A stretch of DNA of 64,000 bases from NCBI GenBank assembly GCA_008369845.1, contig MRSU01000590.1, positions 1 to 64,000 on the forward strand, in the 5' to 3' direction. The notes below the pieces were generated by a model, which was not told the origin of the DNA, did not search any database, and saw only the letters and a program-made list of their open reading frames with translations. The DNA comes from Trichomonas gallinae (Eukaryota). Shown here piece by piece: positions 9,848 to 20,445 of the stretch (position 1 is the stretch's first letter; every line of letters begins with the position of its first letter). The position numbers and the translations under genes were made by a program.

Positions 9848-10843
9848 TCACAACCTGAAGATAAAAATAGCAATAAGTGGAATAATTTCAATAATATTAT
9901 GCTCGATATTTATTGTGGAGTCTTCATATTCTCGAATACATTCGAATGTGGAGAAATGAGGAAGTTTCAAATCAATTTTACTGTTTACATTGTCTGTAAT
10001 AATAACATTTCCATTTATTGTTGGAGTTTTGTCGAAATAACATTTTTCAAATGTAGCTCTTAAAAATTTTTGCCAAAATGTTGCAGATTTCATATCATTA
10101 TTTTCAAAACTGCAATTAGTTGCATAAAGTGTCATTTCAGACTCAATTAAATAGCTTCCATTTCGATTATTCAAATAGTTGCAGGATGAAATGTTTAGAC
10201 CTGCACCCGAACCAATTGCTTCATAAAATTCTGAACAAGAGCCATAACCAGCCTGAGAATTATTTAAAAAAGTTGAAAATTGAAAAAAAGAATCTGAATT
10301 AATATTTGACATTAAGCAAACCTGATAACCATGTGTGTATGAATGAGAAACATTCGTTGATGTGATGTTGATGGCACCATCCTTACAGTAAATAGTTCCT
10401 CGACCTTTTCCATCCCCTGAATGAGAAATAGATGAGTCAATGATTTTGCTTTGAAATAGAGCTTTATTTGAGACATCAACAGCACAATGAACACCCCAAT
10501 CGAAAGTTTTGCTTACTTTAGATTTAAGACTACAGATTCGATTTTGAGCACATTGGCCACTATCACTGAAATAAAGAGATCCTCCTCTTCCATTGTTGAG
10601 ACAGCCTGAAAAAAAGCTGTCTTCGGCAAGAAAATTCGTATCTTGAGAATTGGTAAAAAAATATATGGCTCCGTAAGGATTTTGGTTTATGAATTGGCAA
10701 AATGAGACATAGTAACTAGATATACTGCCTCTTAATCGGCTTCGTTTATTAATATATGTTTTGTAAGCGGTTGTTGGATAAAAGTCGGCCCATGCTGTCG
10801 ATGTGAATAGATTGTATGATATGTTTATCGATGAAATCTTCAT
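9848..10843 (-). CDS. Trichomonad beta-helix-like (Pmp-like GGxI/FxxN) family protein with hydrophobic C-tail
   Basis: AWADFY N-block, GRGGSLYF, QNRICS, IIDSSIS, STFLNN, CNYLNN, CSFENN, LPHFSTFEC, then IIEIIPLIAIFIFRL. Confidence 0.75.
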   Translation of the reverse strand: MKISSINISYNLFTSTAWADFYPTTAYKTYINKRSRLRGSISSYYVSFCQFINQNPYGAIYFFTNSQDTNFLAEDSFFSGCLNNGRGGSLYFSDSGQCAQNRICSLKSKVSKTFDWGVHCAVDVSNKALFQSKIIDSSISHSGDGKGRGTIYCKDGAINITSTNVSHSYTHGYQVCLMSNINSDSFFQFSTFLNNSQAGYGSCSEFYEAIGSGAGLNISSCNYLNNRNGSYLIESEMTLYATNCSFENNDMKSATFWQKFLRATFEKCYFDKTPTINGNVIITDNVNSKIDLKLPHFSTFECIREYEDSTINIEHNIIEIIPLIAIFIFRL

Positions 10844-11427
10844 TCGTGAGATTTCTCAATTCTTTCTTGTGATTTTCGTTCATTTTCAAAATTTCATTAG
10901 AATTTTTATTTTGTTTTCAGATCAATTTATCCATGATCTTTAATACATTACAAATAATAGGATGAATGATAGAGTTGTTTATTGTCAAATTCGTTATAAT
11001 TTTTTTTTTTTGAAATAAATATTAGAAAACTATTCAATCTAATCATGATTTGATGAATATTCATCATATGATGAATCTAAATTCTGCTCTGAAAAGCTCC
11101 AGATATCATAATTTACTGCTGCTATAATTCATCCAGAATTTAAAACCGTTCTTCACAATATTACGGGCGTGAACGCGCACAAAAAATATTAGAAATGTTT
11201 AATGATCAAATATATGATTATTTACAATTCTGAGATTTTCGATTTTGAATTCAAAATAATCGTGATATAATTTATTTTGTTTATCATATTTAAATAAGCT
11301 AGAATTCATGTTTGGAGAAAAATGATATTTAAGGTTATTTTGATCTACATATCATCATTTTTATTATTTAAATCAGGCTCAGTATCAATAGAGCAAAAAT
11401 CCAAAATAATCGAATAAAAATAAATTA

Positions 11428-12612
11428 ATGGGAAACGAAGGATCAGTTGCAAATCCATATCCTACCGCTTTCGCCTATGTAGCACCTGATGAATATGCTC
11501 CAATGCACGGGTTCAGGTCCGACATGACTGATGATTCCCTAGCAACTGTACAACCAATATCGAATTGCGCCGTTGTTCACAATCCTTCACTTTTAAAGGG
11601 CTGGGTGCAGGCTACTTGGAGTCTTGTCAATCCTGTCGGTGAAGGACCATGCCCAAGAGCTTCACATTTCTCAGTTTATGATCCATTACAGAATAGGTTA
11701 TACATCGGTTATGGTCTTGGCATCGAAAACAAGTCATTAAACGATGTCTGGGCCTTCGATTTCAAATTAAACAGGTGGGCGCAGCTTCCTATCCATGGAG
11801 AAATTATTACTCCAAGGTCAGGATGCAGAGCGACACTTCTGGCACGCTACATTGTCGTTTTCGGAGGATACTCAGACAAGCAGTATCTGTCTGATTTCCA
11901 TATTATCAATCTAGATACCTACGAAGTCTCTAGACCATCTTTCCAGGGTCCAATTCCGCGCCCTAGGACAGCCCCAATGGTTGAATCACACGATGGAAAG
12001 ATTTTTATTTGGGGAGGCTACGACGGAAATTACATTTCAGAATTAAGCATTCTTGATCCAGCGAATAAACTCTGGACACAGATGCCATTGGATGTGCAAG
12101 GAAGAACAGGCTTCCCGCACGTCAAAATCGATAACTTAGTTTACATTCATGGTGGTTCTAAAGAAGAACACGCGCCAATGATGGTTTTGAACCTATCAAC
12201 AGGCGAGGTTCACAACATTGAACCACGTGGAATCAAAGTAAACACGAGAACTATCAGCGCTTCGATGATACAAGCCGGTCCTGTTTTCTTATTAATCGGA
12301 GGCCGATCAAATGAGAAATATTCATACGTATATGCATATCACATCGAGCGCCAGCACTGGATGATCTTCCACATTGCTCCAGATGGCGAAACAGTTTCGA
12401 CACAAGACGGAAATGTCGATGAAAACGGTTTATTCCAGCTTCCACGTCCAGTTTCTACATCTCTTGTTTATCAAGAAAGCGAGAGGACTGTCTACGGCTT
12501 CTTAGGTCAGCCGCTGAAAGATCCTCCGCCGATTTTCATGCTCAACGTTGGTGCATCTATCGCAAACATCAACCTTCAGGATGACATGCTTAAGATGCTC
12601 AATGTTAATTAG
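11428..12612 (+). CDS. Kelch-repeat protein with predicted N-myristoylation
   Basis: MGNEGS start; repeated P.PR..H, IVVFGGY, IFIWGGY, VYIHGG and LLIGG Kelch blades. Confidence 0.9.
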   Translation: MGNEGSVANPYPTAFAYVAPDEYAPMHGFRSDMTDDSLATVQPISNCAVVHNPSLLKGWVQATWSLVNPVGEGPCPRASHFSVYDPLQNRLYIGYGLGIENKSLNDVWAFDFKLNRWAQLPIHGEIITPRSGCRATLLARYIVVFGGYSDKQYLSDFHIINLDTYEVSRPSFQGPIPRPRTAPMVESHDGKIFIWGGYDGNYISELSILDPANKLWTQMPLDVQGRTGFPHVKIDNLVYIHGGSKEEHAPMMVLNLSTGEVHNIEPRGIKVNTRTISASMIQAGPVFLLIGGRSNEKYSYVYAYHIERQHWMIFHIAPDGETVSTQDGNVDENGLFQLPRPVSTSLVYQESERTVYGFLGQPLKDPPPIFMLNVGASIANINLQDDMLKMLNVN

Positions 12613-13004
12613 TGTATTAATTATATTATTTATTATTATTTGATAAAAATTAATGAAAATATATGTTTGCTGGACTTTACATTCGGAAATATACAAAATT
12701 TACGAATAAATTGAAAACTAATTTCAACTATATCGATAATATTTTGATTTCAAAAAAATCAAATCTTAAAAAACATGTGCAAAACCTAAATCATCAATCT
12801 GATATAGCAAGTAAATTGTTTTATCTCAACAAGATATAATAGTTCTCGTATGAAATATTTGAAATTGAATCAAATCGAGAATAAATATTAGCAAAACTAA
12901 TAAATGATACAACACATGGATTCAAATGAAAAATTTAATCAAGAGCTTCTCGCATTGAAATTGTATTAAATCAAAGAATGAAAATTTCAATATTTATCAA
13001 ATAG

Positions 13005-13313
13005 AGGCGATACTGGAATATTATGAAGATGTAGTGAAGTTTTCGATAATGCAATGATTAAATTGTTTGATGTTACTTATAAAAATTTGATATTAAAAGA
13101 ATCAATCATTTCAAGCTGATTCTGTAATATTATAAAGATATGATGAAGCATTTGAGAATACAACGATTAAATAGTTTGTTTTTGCAAATAAAAATTAAAA
13201 AATAAAATTAGTTATACAAAGCTGATTCTGTAATATGATAAAGAGGCTGTGAAGTGTCTGAGATTGCAGTCATTAAAGACTTGTCTTTGCTAATGAAAAT
13301 GAAAGAATTAAAA
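13005..13313. repeat. Three degenerate ~106-108-bp tandem units
   Basis: AAGCTGATTCTGTAATAT occurs at 13113 and 13219, with similarity continuing for ~95 bp; a more diverged copy (AGGCGATACTGGAATATTATGAAG) lies at 13005. Confidence 0.7.
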
Positions 13314-13329
13314 ATCGCGGCAGTATAAA

Positions 13330-13359
13330 AAAGTGACAATAAAGTGATTAAAAAGTGAC
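13330..13359 (+). promoter_or_regulatory. Triple M2-like core promoter element (AAAGTGAC)
   Basis: AAAGTGAC 13330-13337, AAAGTGAT 13341-13348 and AAAGTGAC 13352-13359 (11-bp spacing), ending 4 nt before ATG 13364. Matches the T. vaginalis M2 motif as I recall it. Confidence 0.7.
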
Positions 13360-13363
13360 AGTA

Positions 13364-13843
13364 ATGCAAGTTCTTGAGACACAGCATGCATATTTAACAG
13401 CATACGAAACACTGCAGATCATAAAGAGGAGGAGGGCAGATGCTGGTATCTATGATGATGCCAGAGATGCCAAGTATCTAGGCCAAGGCCAAAGAGTTGA
13501 TATCGCAAGAGCAGCAATGATTCCTTCTTTACTTGATCATTGCCCGGATGGAACTAGTGAGTTCCAGGATGACCACAGAATCGCACATCAAATTGTTCAA
13601 TTCACAAACGATATTCAAAACAGAATTCCAAACATTTCTCCATTCAAAATTCGTGATTTAATTGCTAACAGACCTGAAAATGAGCAACAAGTCACAGCTA
13701 TTTTCTCATCAAATGAAGATTATGCATTCATTGCAAATCATATCGACGATGTCATCGAATTAGTTCAGACTTACTTTCCTCATGTTAACCAGCCAGATGA
13801 AGACATTCAAAATGCCACTGAAAACGAAGAGGAAGCCAAATAA
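13364..13843 (+). CDS. RPC17: RNA polymerase III subunit C17 (RPC9/CRCP, Rpb4 family)
   Basis: MQVLETQHAYLTAYETLQII matches the C17 N-terminus (M.V......LSNYEV...L); IRDLIANRPENEQQVTAIF matches the HRDC-like NxRP motif. The track start 13355 is a GTG inside the M2 motif. Confidence 0.75.
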   Translation: MQVLETQHAYLTAYETLQIIKRRRADAGIYDDARDAKYLGQGQRVDIARAAMIPSLLDHCPDGTSEFQDDHRIAHQIVQFTNDIQNRIPNISPFKIRDLIANRPENEQQVTAIFSSNEDYAFIANHIDDVIELVQTYFPHVNQPDEDIQNATENEEEAK

Positions 13844-14045
13844 TTTTTTTTATAACATATTAACTTTCTGTTCATTAGAAATAAAATGTATTTAATTGAT
13901 TAATTGTTAAATGAAACTAGTTTTACAACCCAATTCCAATTATATAATCAATTTTTTTTATTTAATGCAGTTCATGTATTGTTAAAAGCAAAAATAGTTT
14001 TGTATAAGGTGTAGGTGATATTATGTTAATATGTAAAACAAACAA

Positions 14046-14543
14046 CTAATTTTTATTTATCAAAGAATTAATATAAGCGAGTAAAGATCCTTTGACTTGC
14101 TTTTTGAGAGCTAGTAAGTAGATTCTATCTATATCTCTTTTTGTGACAGAAGAACGTGATTCAACTATTTTTGCCGTTTCTTCAATTGCGTCGCGCATTA
14201 TTTGCTGCTTGTTTTTACTGATGTAATCAATGATCTTATTCCTATCAATCGATTCAATTTCTAAAAGTTTGTTTCTGAGCTGATCTTTTTCTTCTCTCAG
14301 CTTCTGATACTGAATATTATACTGTTCTATCGACTGTTTGACCTTTCCCTCGCCTGTAACAGACTGATGGTTAAGCTGCTGAGATATGAAATCGTATTCT
14401 GAAGTCATTGCTGAAATCGAAGAGATCAAAGTTTCATCATCTAACGTGAAAAAATTGTATCCTTGGTCCAAGGCAAGTCCATCTACCATTGTTTCCATCT
14501 CATCAAATTTATTTTGAATCTCAACAACTAAATCATCAAGCAT
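14046..14543 (-). CDS. Hypothetical coiled-coil protein
   Basis: First in-frame ATG is at 14543 (MLDDLVVEIQ). The track extension to 14597 runs through the upstream TGTCAHGTAAA motifs. Confidence 0.7.
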   Translation of the reverse strand: MLDDLVVEIQNKFDEMETMVDGLALDQGYNFFTLDDETLISSISAMTSEYDFISQQLNHQSVTGEGKVKQSIEQYNIQYQKLREEKDQLRNKLLEIESIDRNKIIDYISKNKQQIMRDAIEETAKIVESRSSVTKRDIDRIYLLALKKQVKGSLLAYINSLINKN

Positions 14544-14844
14544 TGAATCTTTATGACATTCTGTCAATTTACATGACAAGATAATTTTACTTGACAAAAA
14601 TATTGTTTCCCATTTTTTCTTTTAAATCCTAATATTTAAACTAATTTAAACATAAAGTTAAACATATATGTCATATTAGAAGGAGTTTTACTATATATTA
14701 TAGTATTTTAATGTATATATTAAATTATTATATTTTTAAGCTTTTTTGAATTCATTATAGATATAGTTTGATTAGATTTGATGAGTTAACTAATAAACAT
14801 AACAAATTATTTTATAATAAATAACAAACAAAAAATAAATATCT

Positions 14845-17760
14845 CTAATTCTTCAAAATAGGATGATTAGCAATAATATAAGATGTCATTGCTTCATCAG
14901 TCGTCTGGAAGTCCTTAGCATTCAGGAATTTGCGAATTGCAAGGTCTTGTTTCCGAGATTTTTCGAGTTCTTTCTTGATGTTAGAAATCAAATTATGGAA
15001 GCTTTCTTCGTTCAACTGCTGACTTGCGTCGAAGAGTGTTCCGAAGTTCTCAGCGATGTATCCGTAGATATTCATTATCTTTCGATCATGCTCTTGTCTA
15101 ATTTCGTCAATAACGAGTTTAGAGTTTGTTTCAGCAATAACAATCCTTGCTTTAGTTTGTGCTTCAATTAATTTCTTTGATCGCTCGAATGATTCGGTGA
15201 GAACTTTCTTGTTAGCTTCTTCTTTGCTCAATTTCATTTGTAGGTCTGATAATTGTGCCTTTAATGCTCCAATTTGCTTCTCAGATTGATTGAGTTTGTC
15301 GCTGAGATCTTTAGCAACATTGTTAGCTTTATTTGATTGTTCTTCGAGAATCTCTTGGATCTTTTCGTATTTAGCTTTCATGTCATCAATGTTCTTTTGC
15401 ATCTCACTCTTTATAGCAGCTTCACTCTTCCTTAAAACATTGCATGTATCATTATACTTGTTGAGAAGGGTTTCGTAGTCTTCTTTAGCTTTAGAAAGTC
15501 TGCTTTCACTTGACTGCAATTCGTTTATTGTTGTAGCGAGCTCTAATTCCAATTCATGCTTCTCTTTTGTCAACACTTCCACTTCTTTTGTGAGATTCTC
15601 TCTCATTGCATGATATTGAATTGTCTGAGAATTCATGCATTCATCGAAAATGTCTTTTTCTTCTTCAGTTTCACCTTCGATTTCTTCCTTCTTCTTAAGG
15701 GTTTCAACAATTTCCTGGTTTTGCTTTTGCAGGTCTTCGATTATCATGTTCTGGCTTTCTATCTGTGCCCTTGCTTCTTCATTGGCTTCTTCTAGACAAG
15801 CGATTGTTCCCTCCAAATTATCACGCTTTGATTTCGATTGTCTCATTCTTTCTTTGAAATAATTTTCATCGGCAAGTCTTTGTTGTTTCTCTTGTTCGAG
15901 AGAAGCTTGGAGCTCTTCTATTGTCTCCTTCTGGTCATTGAATGTCTCATAGAGATGTTCCAATGAAACTTGGTCAAGAGTTTGCAATAGATCGCTGACT
16001 TTTTGGTCAGCTTGTCCTTTCGATTCACGTAATGTTAAAGAATCCAAAAGTAGATTCTCTATGAATCTTGGGATCTCTTCTTCTTTGATCTTGTCATCTC
16101 CAATTGATTTCCTAAGTGAATTAACGAAATTGCTGTATTGCTTTTTCAATTCATTGATTTCTTTGGAAGAATTTGTTTCGTTAATTTTAAGCTGATTTAA
16201 TGTCTTGTTTATCCACTTGGAAATAATCTGTAGGACTCCTTTGACTCTCTGATGCATGCTGAATCCATCATTGTCAGCAATGTTACTTAATAGTTGAGAC
16301 AAATCAGCTGGGAAACCTTCGAAATCGAAATTAATTTCTTCAGCTTTTTCAGGAACCAGAATTGTTTGCATTTTTGTTTCTTTTGCTTTCTTAGAAAGTT
16401 TTTCGATTGTTAAAGCGTGTGTATCCAAAACCATTCCTTGCTTCGTGATGATCTCAAGCAAATGATCACGTATATCGCATAACTGGTTGATCTCTTTGTC
16501 TCTGTCTTCAACAGATTTGTTGATTTGTTCTATGAAATCTTGTAATGATTTAAGTTTTTTGTTTGCAAGTTCGTTTTCGCATTTTGAGCTTTCGAGTTTA
16601 GAGTTTAAGTCTGTTATCTTGAGTGTTAAGTCTGCCTGTTTGCGTTTTTCGAATTCTATGTTGACTTGTGCCTCACTCAATTGATTTTGAACAACTTGGA
16701 AGTTTTTATACTTCGCTTCAACTTTGTTGCAGATATCGTTTGCATCTTTTTGTACTAGGACCCTTTCTATCTCTAGCTGCTTGATCTTCTGTGCTTGGTC
16801 GGCTATTTTGCTGTTTAAGGCGAGTATTTCCTTGTTTTTGGCGACAATTTCGTTCTCGAGTTTCTTGTGTTCATCGATTGGAACAAAGCTGTTTTTCTCT
16901 TCTTCTGTTTGAGCGAAAGCTGTTCTGAAGCGTTTGACTGGTGCATCAGGAAGTTTATTACGCTCCTGTGTTGCTTCAAACTCGATCTGTTGTGTTGATA
17001 TTTGAGCTTCAAGTTGTTTTATTCTCGATGATGATTTTTGTTGCTGTGAGAGAATTATTGACTCGTAGTACTTTTTAATGGAATCAATTTCTTCTTCCTT
17101 TGATCTGTTCACCACCTGCAAATTATGGATTTGCTTCGTTAAATCTTTGATCGTTGATTCGTGAGTAATGATAATTTGCTTTAATTCTGCGACTTCTTTG
17201 ATCTGTGAGGCCTTAGGAGGTTGAATTCTTGGTTGCGAAAACATTTTGATGAGATTTTCCATTGTTGAAATATTTTGTCCGAAATACTGCTCAGACTGAC
17301 GTATAAGTCTTGATATAACTGCATTTTGTGCTGTGGCGTTGTTCTTTTCCTTTGTAATTGTTTCTTGTAATGAATTATTTTGATTCTCAAGCTTTTCAAT
17401 ACGCTGTTCTAATTCTTCACGTTCAGCATTGTGCTGTTGTTGTAATCTATCTATTTCAGATATTAATGATTGGTTGTTTTGCTGACGATTCTGATCGAAA
17501 TTCGTTTTTAATTCTGCATTCGTTTGTATTAAGATTTGTATTCTTCGTTCAAGTTCTTCTATCTTACCCTTGTTTTCTATGTCCGATTTCATGCACATTA
17601 TGTTGAATTCGCTCTTTAATTTTGAATAATTTTGTAAACTCTCTTGTAATTTGAGTTCTGAGTCAGCTAAGTTCGATTTCAACTGATAATTCTGTATTTT
17701 TAATTCCTCAATTGCATCCTTAAGCTGCTCAGTGTCATCTAAATCTAAAGAATCATTCAT
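14845..17760 (-). CDS. Long coiled-coil protein (971 aa)
   Basis: Continuous heptad-rich E/K/Q/L ORF with no catalytic motifs. Confidence 0.85.
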   Translation of the reverse strand: MNDSLDLDDTEQLKDAIEELKIQNYQLKSNLADSELKLQESLQNYSKLKSEFNIMCMKSDIENKGKIEELERRIQILIQTNAELKTNFDQNRQQNNQSLISEIDRLQQQHNAEREELEQRIEKLENQNNSLQETITKEKNNATAQNAVISRLIRQSEQYFGQNISTMENLIKMFSQPRIQPPKASQIKEVAELKQIIITHESTIKDLTKQIHNLQVVNRSKEEEIDSIKKYYESIILSQQQKSSSRIKQLEAQISTQQIEFEATQERNKLPDAPVKRFRTAFAQTEEEKNSFVPIDEHKKLENEIVAKNKEILALNSKIADQAQKIKQLEIERVLVQKDANDICNKVEAKYKNFQVVQNQLSEAQVNIEFEKRKQADLTLKITDLNSKLESSKCENELANKKLKSLQDFIEQINKSVEDRDKEINQLCDIRDHLLEIITKQGMVLDTHALTIEKLSKKAKETKMQTILVPEKAEEINFDFEGFPADLSQLLSNIADNDGFSMHQRVKGVLQIISKWINKTLNQLKINETNSSKEINELKKQYSNFVNSLRKSIGDDKIKEEEIPRFIENLLLDSLTLRESKGQADQKVSDLLQTLDQVSLEHLYETFNDQKETIEELQASLEQEKQQRLADENYFKERMRQSKSKRDNLEGTIACLEEANEEARAQIESQNMIIEDLQKQNQEIVETLKKKEEIEGETEEEKDIFDECMNSQTIQYHAMRENLTKEVEVLTKEKHELELELATTINELQSSESRLSKAKEDYETLLNKYNDTCNVLRKSEAAIKSEMQKNIDDMKAKYEKIQEILEEQSNKANNVAKDLSDKLNQSEKQIGALKAQLSDLQMKLSKEEANKKVLTESFERSKKLIEAQTKARIVIAETNSKLVIDEIRQEHDRKIMNIYGYIAENFGTLFDASQQLNEESFHNLISNIKKELEKSRKQDLAIRKFLNAKDFQTTDEAMTSYIIANHPILKN

Positions 17761-18480
17761 TTTTTTTTGGAATTAATAAACGTAAAGCAAATTTAATTAG
17801 TTGAATTATAGATAGATTATGCGATATATTAGCATTTTATCAAATAAAAAAATGCATCAAACGAGAAAAAATTATTTTGCAAAAAAATATTTCGTGCTTA
17901 AATGATTTTAATAATGTAATTATGCTATAAACAACTTTTTATGTCTATATTCATTAGTTATGGCTCAGATTACGTTTATAATTAATTTGCATAAAATTTT
18001 TCAGTGTAATAGGTATCATATAATTTGTTGATGCTTATATTTTTCTATAAGTGCCAACATATTTATGTTACTAGACTTTTAATAGGATATATATTTTTGG
18101 TTGAAAATATATCGTATAATTAAGTTTGTCCTGATTAAATTCAAACATATCTGATGTAATAAATTCATTTTGTGACTATATAAAGTCGTAATTTATCAAT
18201 AAAACTATTTTCAGCAAAATAATACAGTTTAGAAGCCAATTGACTAATATCTCTAATATTTTAGTAGAATATATCATAAAGACAAATGTCTCAAGTGTGG
18301 AAATCGAAATATTTTGGAACAATATAAAATGTTTCTTTGGTTTTGCTTGATAAGAAAAAAGCTTGTAAAAGTTTGTTCCGAGTATATTAAGAGATTTAAA
18401 TTAAAAACTAAAGTTTTGGAAAATCGGATAATCACGGGCAGACCTTTTTAGATATATTAATAAAGTTAGAGACCTTTTAC

Positions 18481-19401
18481 TTAGTGGTTAACGATCTTAC
18501 CTGTAACAGTTCTAGCAACCTTAACCTTTGGCTCTGGCTTGGCATCGTCGAGAATCTTAAGGAGGAGAGCTGTACGGATACGCATCTTCTGGTGAAGGAA
18601 GGCCTTTGTGCACTTAATATGGTAGTGAAGATAGTCTCTGAACATTGGAGCGTAGACGGATGTATCCTGGCGCTTGCGCTCAGAGAGGGATGCGGCGAGA
18701 AGGCTCATTGAGACGTAAGCGTATAACTTGCCGTCCTTGACTTCTGGGCTGAGCTTGAAAGCATCGAGGTCGCCTGGGCACTTGTCGGAATATGTGATAA
18801 TTGGAGCAGATGGGACGCGTGTACGAGCGGCAGCAAGTTCGCCGAAGAAGACGTTACCGATGATGCGGTCGCCTGGGTCGTTGAAGCGGATTGTGAATGT
18901 GGCGATGGCACCCTTTTCACCTGGTGAAAGGAAGATGGATTCGCCTGTAGCAGCACGGTATGGGATCTCGAATGGAGCGAAGTTCTCCTTAGCATCGACC
19001 TTCTTAGCGACCCAAAGGAATGGAGCGCCAAGCATATTTGGCTTGAGGTTGCTAGCAAGTTCGATAGCAGCCTTCTGCTCAGCAGCGCTCATTTCCCAAA
19101 GATTGAAAACAATTGCGTGTGTGAAGCCGTGGGAAGGCTCGACTTTCCATTTGCCGTAAAGTTCTTGGTATCTCTCCTCAGCACCGTATGGCTTGATGGC
19201 CTCCCAGCACTCGAGGTACATCTCGACGCGGACTGGAAGATTCTCAGCTTTTTTGTTGTTCTTATCTTTTTCGACTTTGATCAAGAATCTAACACCGTCG
19301 AAATCGCAGCATTCGTATTTTTCAGAGAGCTTGTCGTTTGGATCGAGGCTGCGCTCGAGGAGGTTCTTGACGATGGCTGAGTGGGCTTCAAGGATAATCA
19401 T
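18481..19401 (-). CDS. ARPC2: Arp2/3 complex subunit 2 (p34-Arc)
   Basis: MIILE, DFDGVRF, IPYR, F.DPGDRIIGNVF, FRDYLHYHIKCTKAFLHQKMR and ILDDAKPE signatures; strong GC3 codon bias. Confidence 0.96.
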   Translation of the reverse strand: MIILEAHSAIVKNLLERSLDPNDKLSEKYECCDFDGVRFLIKVEKDKNNKKAENLPVRVEMYLECWEAIKPYGAEERYQELYGKWKVEPSHGFTHAIVFNLWEMSAAEQKAAIELASNLKPNMLGAPFLWVAKKVDAKENFAPFEIPYRAATGESIFLSPGEKGAIATFTIRFNDPGDRIIGNVFFGELAAARTRVPSAPIITYSDKCPGDLDAFKLSPEVKDGKLYAYVSMSLLAASLSERKRQDTSVYAPMFRDYLHYHIKCTKAFLHQKMRIRTALLLKILDDAKPEPKVKVARTVTGKIVNH

Positions 19402-20445
19402 TATGATGTCACCTTTTATGTTTTTTTCACTAAAACCGTCAACTAACCAGCTTTAAAAATCCCTTTGCCCGAAACTCCGTATTTTATAGCTGTAGATCAC
19501 TGAAAGCCTATTCTTGGTTAAAAAGTGGTGAAATGACAACATGAAATCACTTCAAATCTGAAAAACCAACGATTTATTGTCCGAATTTAATTTGATTAAA
19601 CGCAAAATATAAAAACCTATCATTTGGTTATATCAAATCGCATTGTTATATTTTACTTCACAATTGCGGCAGAAAAATGTTTTTATGTCACTTGTTATCA
19701 TTTTTAAAATATGTATCGAAAAATATACATATTTATAATAGAAATTCTCTATATTTCTTGAAGATAAAATAAAAATTGCGAATTTTGAGTTTGTGAAATG
19801 ACTTTTAGAATCTAAACACATTGTAAATGTAACACATATACCTATTGTTACAAGATAATATGTTTTACAAAGCGAGAATAGGATTCATATTTTCATTTTC
19901 AAATTTGTCATACAAAAATGGACATTATCAAGTGGTTATATCAAATGATAACCTTTTCTGGATGCTACCATCATGCGCTTTCATAATTTTGATGATTTTT
20001 GATTGATCAATAAAATAATGAAATTGTTCTATTTCAATTTTGTTGATGATTTTGCATTTTATATAAGAAAATATATCTATATGCCGAATTTTAAAGAATA
20101 TCAAATATTCTAATTTATAAATTTTTAAAATATGAAAATTTATAAAAGATTCAAGATTTTTCGATAATTTATATTTTTTGAAAAAATTAATTTCATAGGA
20201 TATGATATATTATTGCTGTAGTATCTAAATCATGAGTAATCTTGATTTTCATTGAAATTTTCCTACTGTTGATTTTCTTTCAAATTCCAGAATAATAAGC
20301 TCTATTCTAGCAGATATTTCTCTTTCGCAATTAAAATTTTTGAACAAAAAAATTTGAATCAACTTTTTGAAAATTCAAATTTAATCATTATAATAGATAA
20401 TAATCCCATTTATTAGAAAATTTTGGCATTTTTCACACAAAAATT

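Noticed and set aside
18481..19456. GC-rich island with several overlapping ORFs suggesting foreign DNA or antisense genes
   Set aside because: Explained by the codon bias of highly expressed ARPC2; the same applies to profilin.
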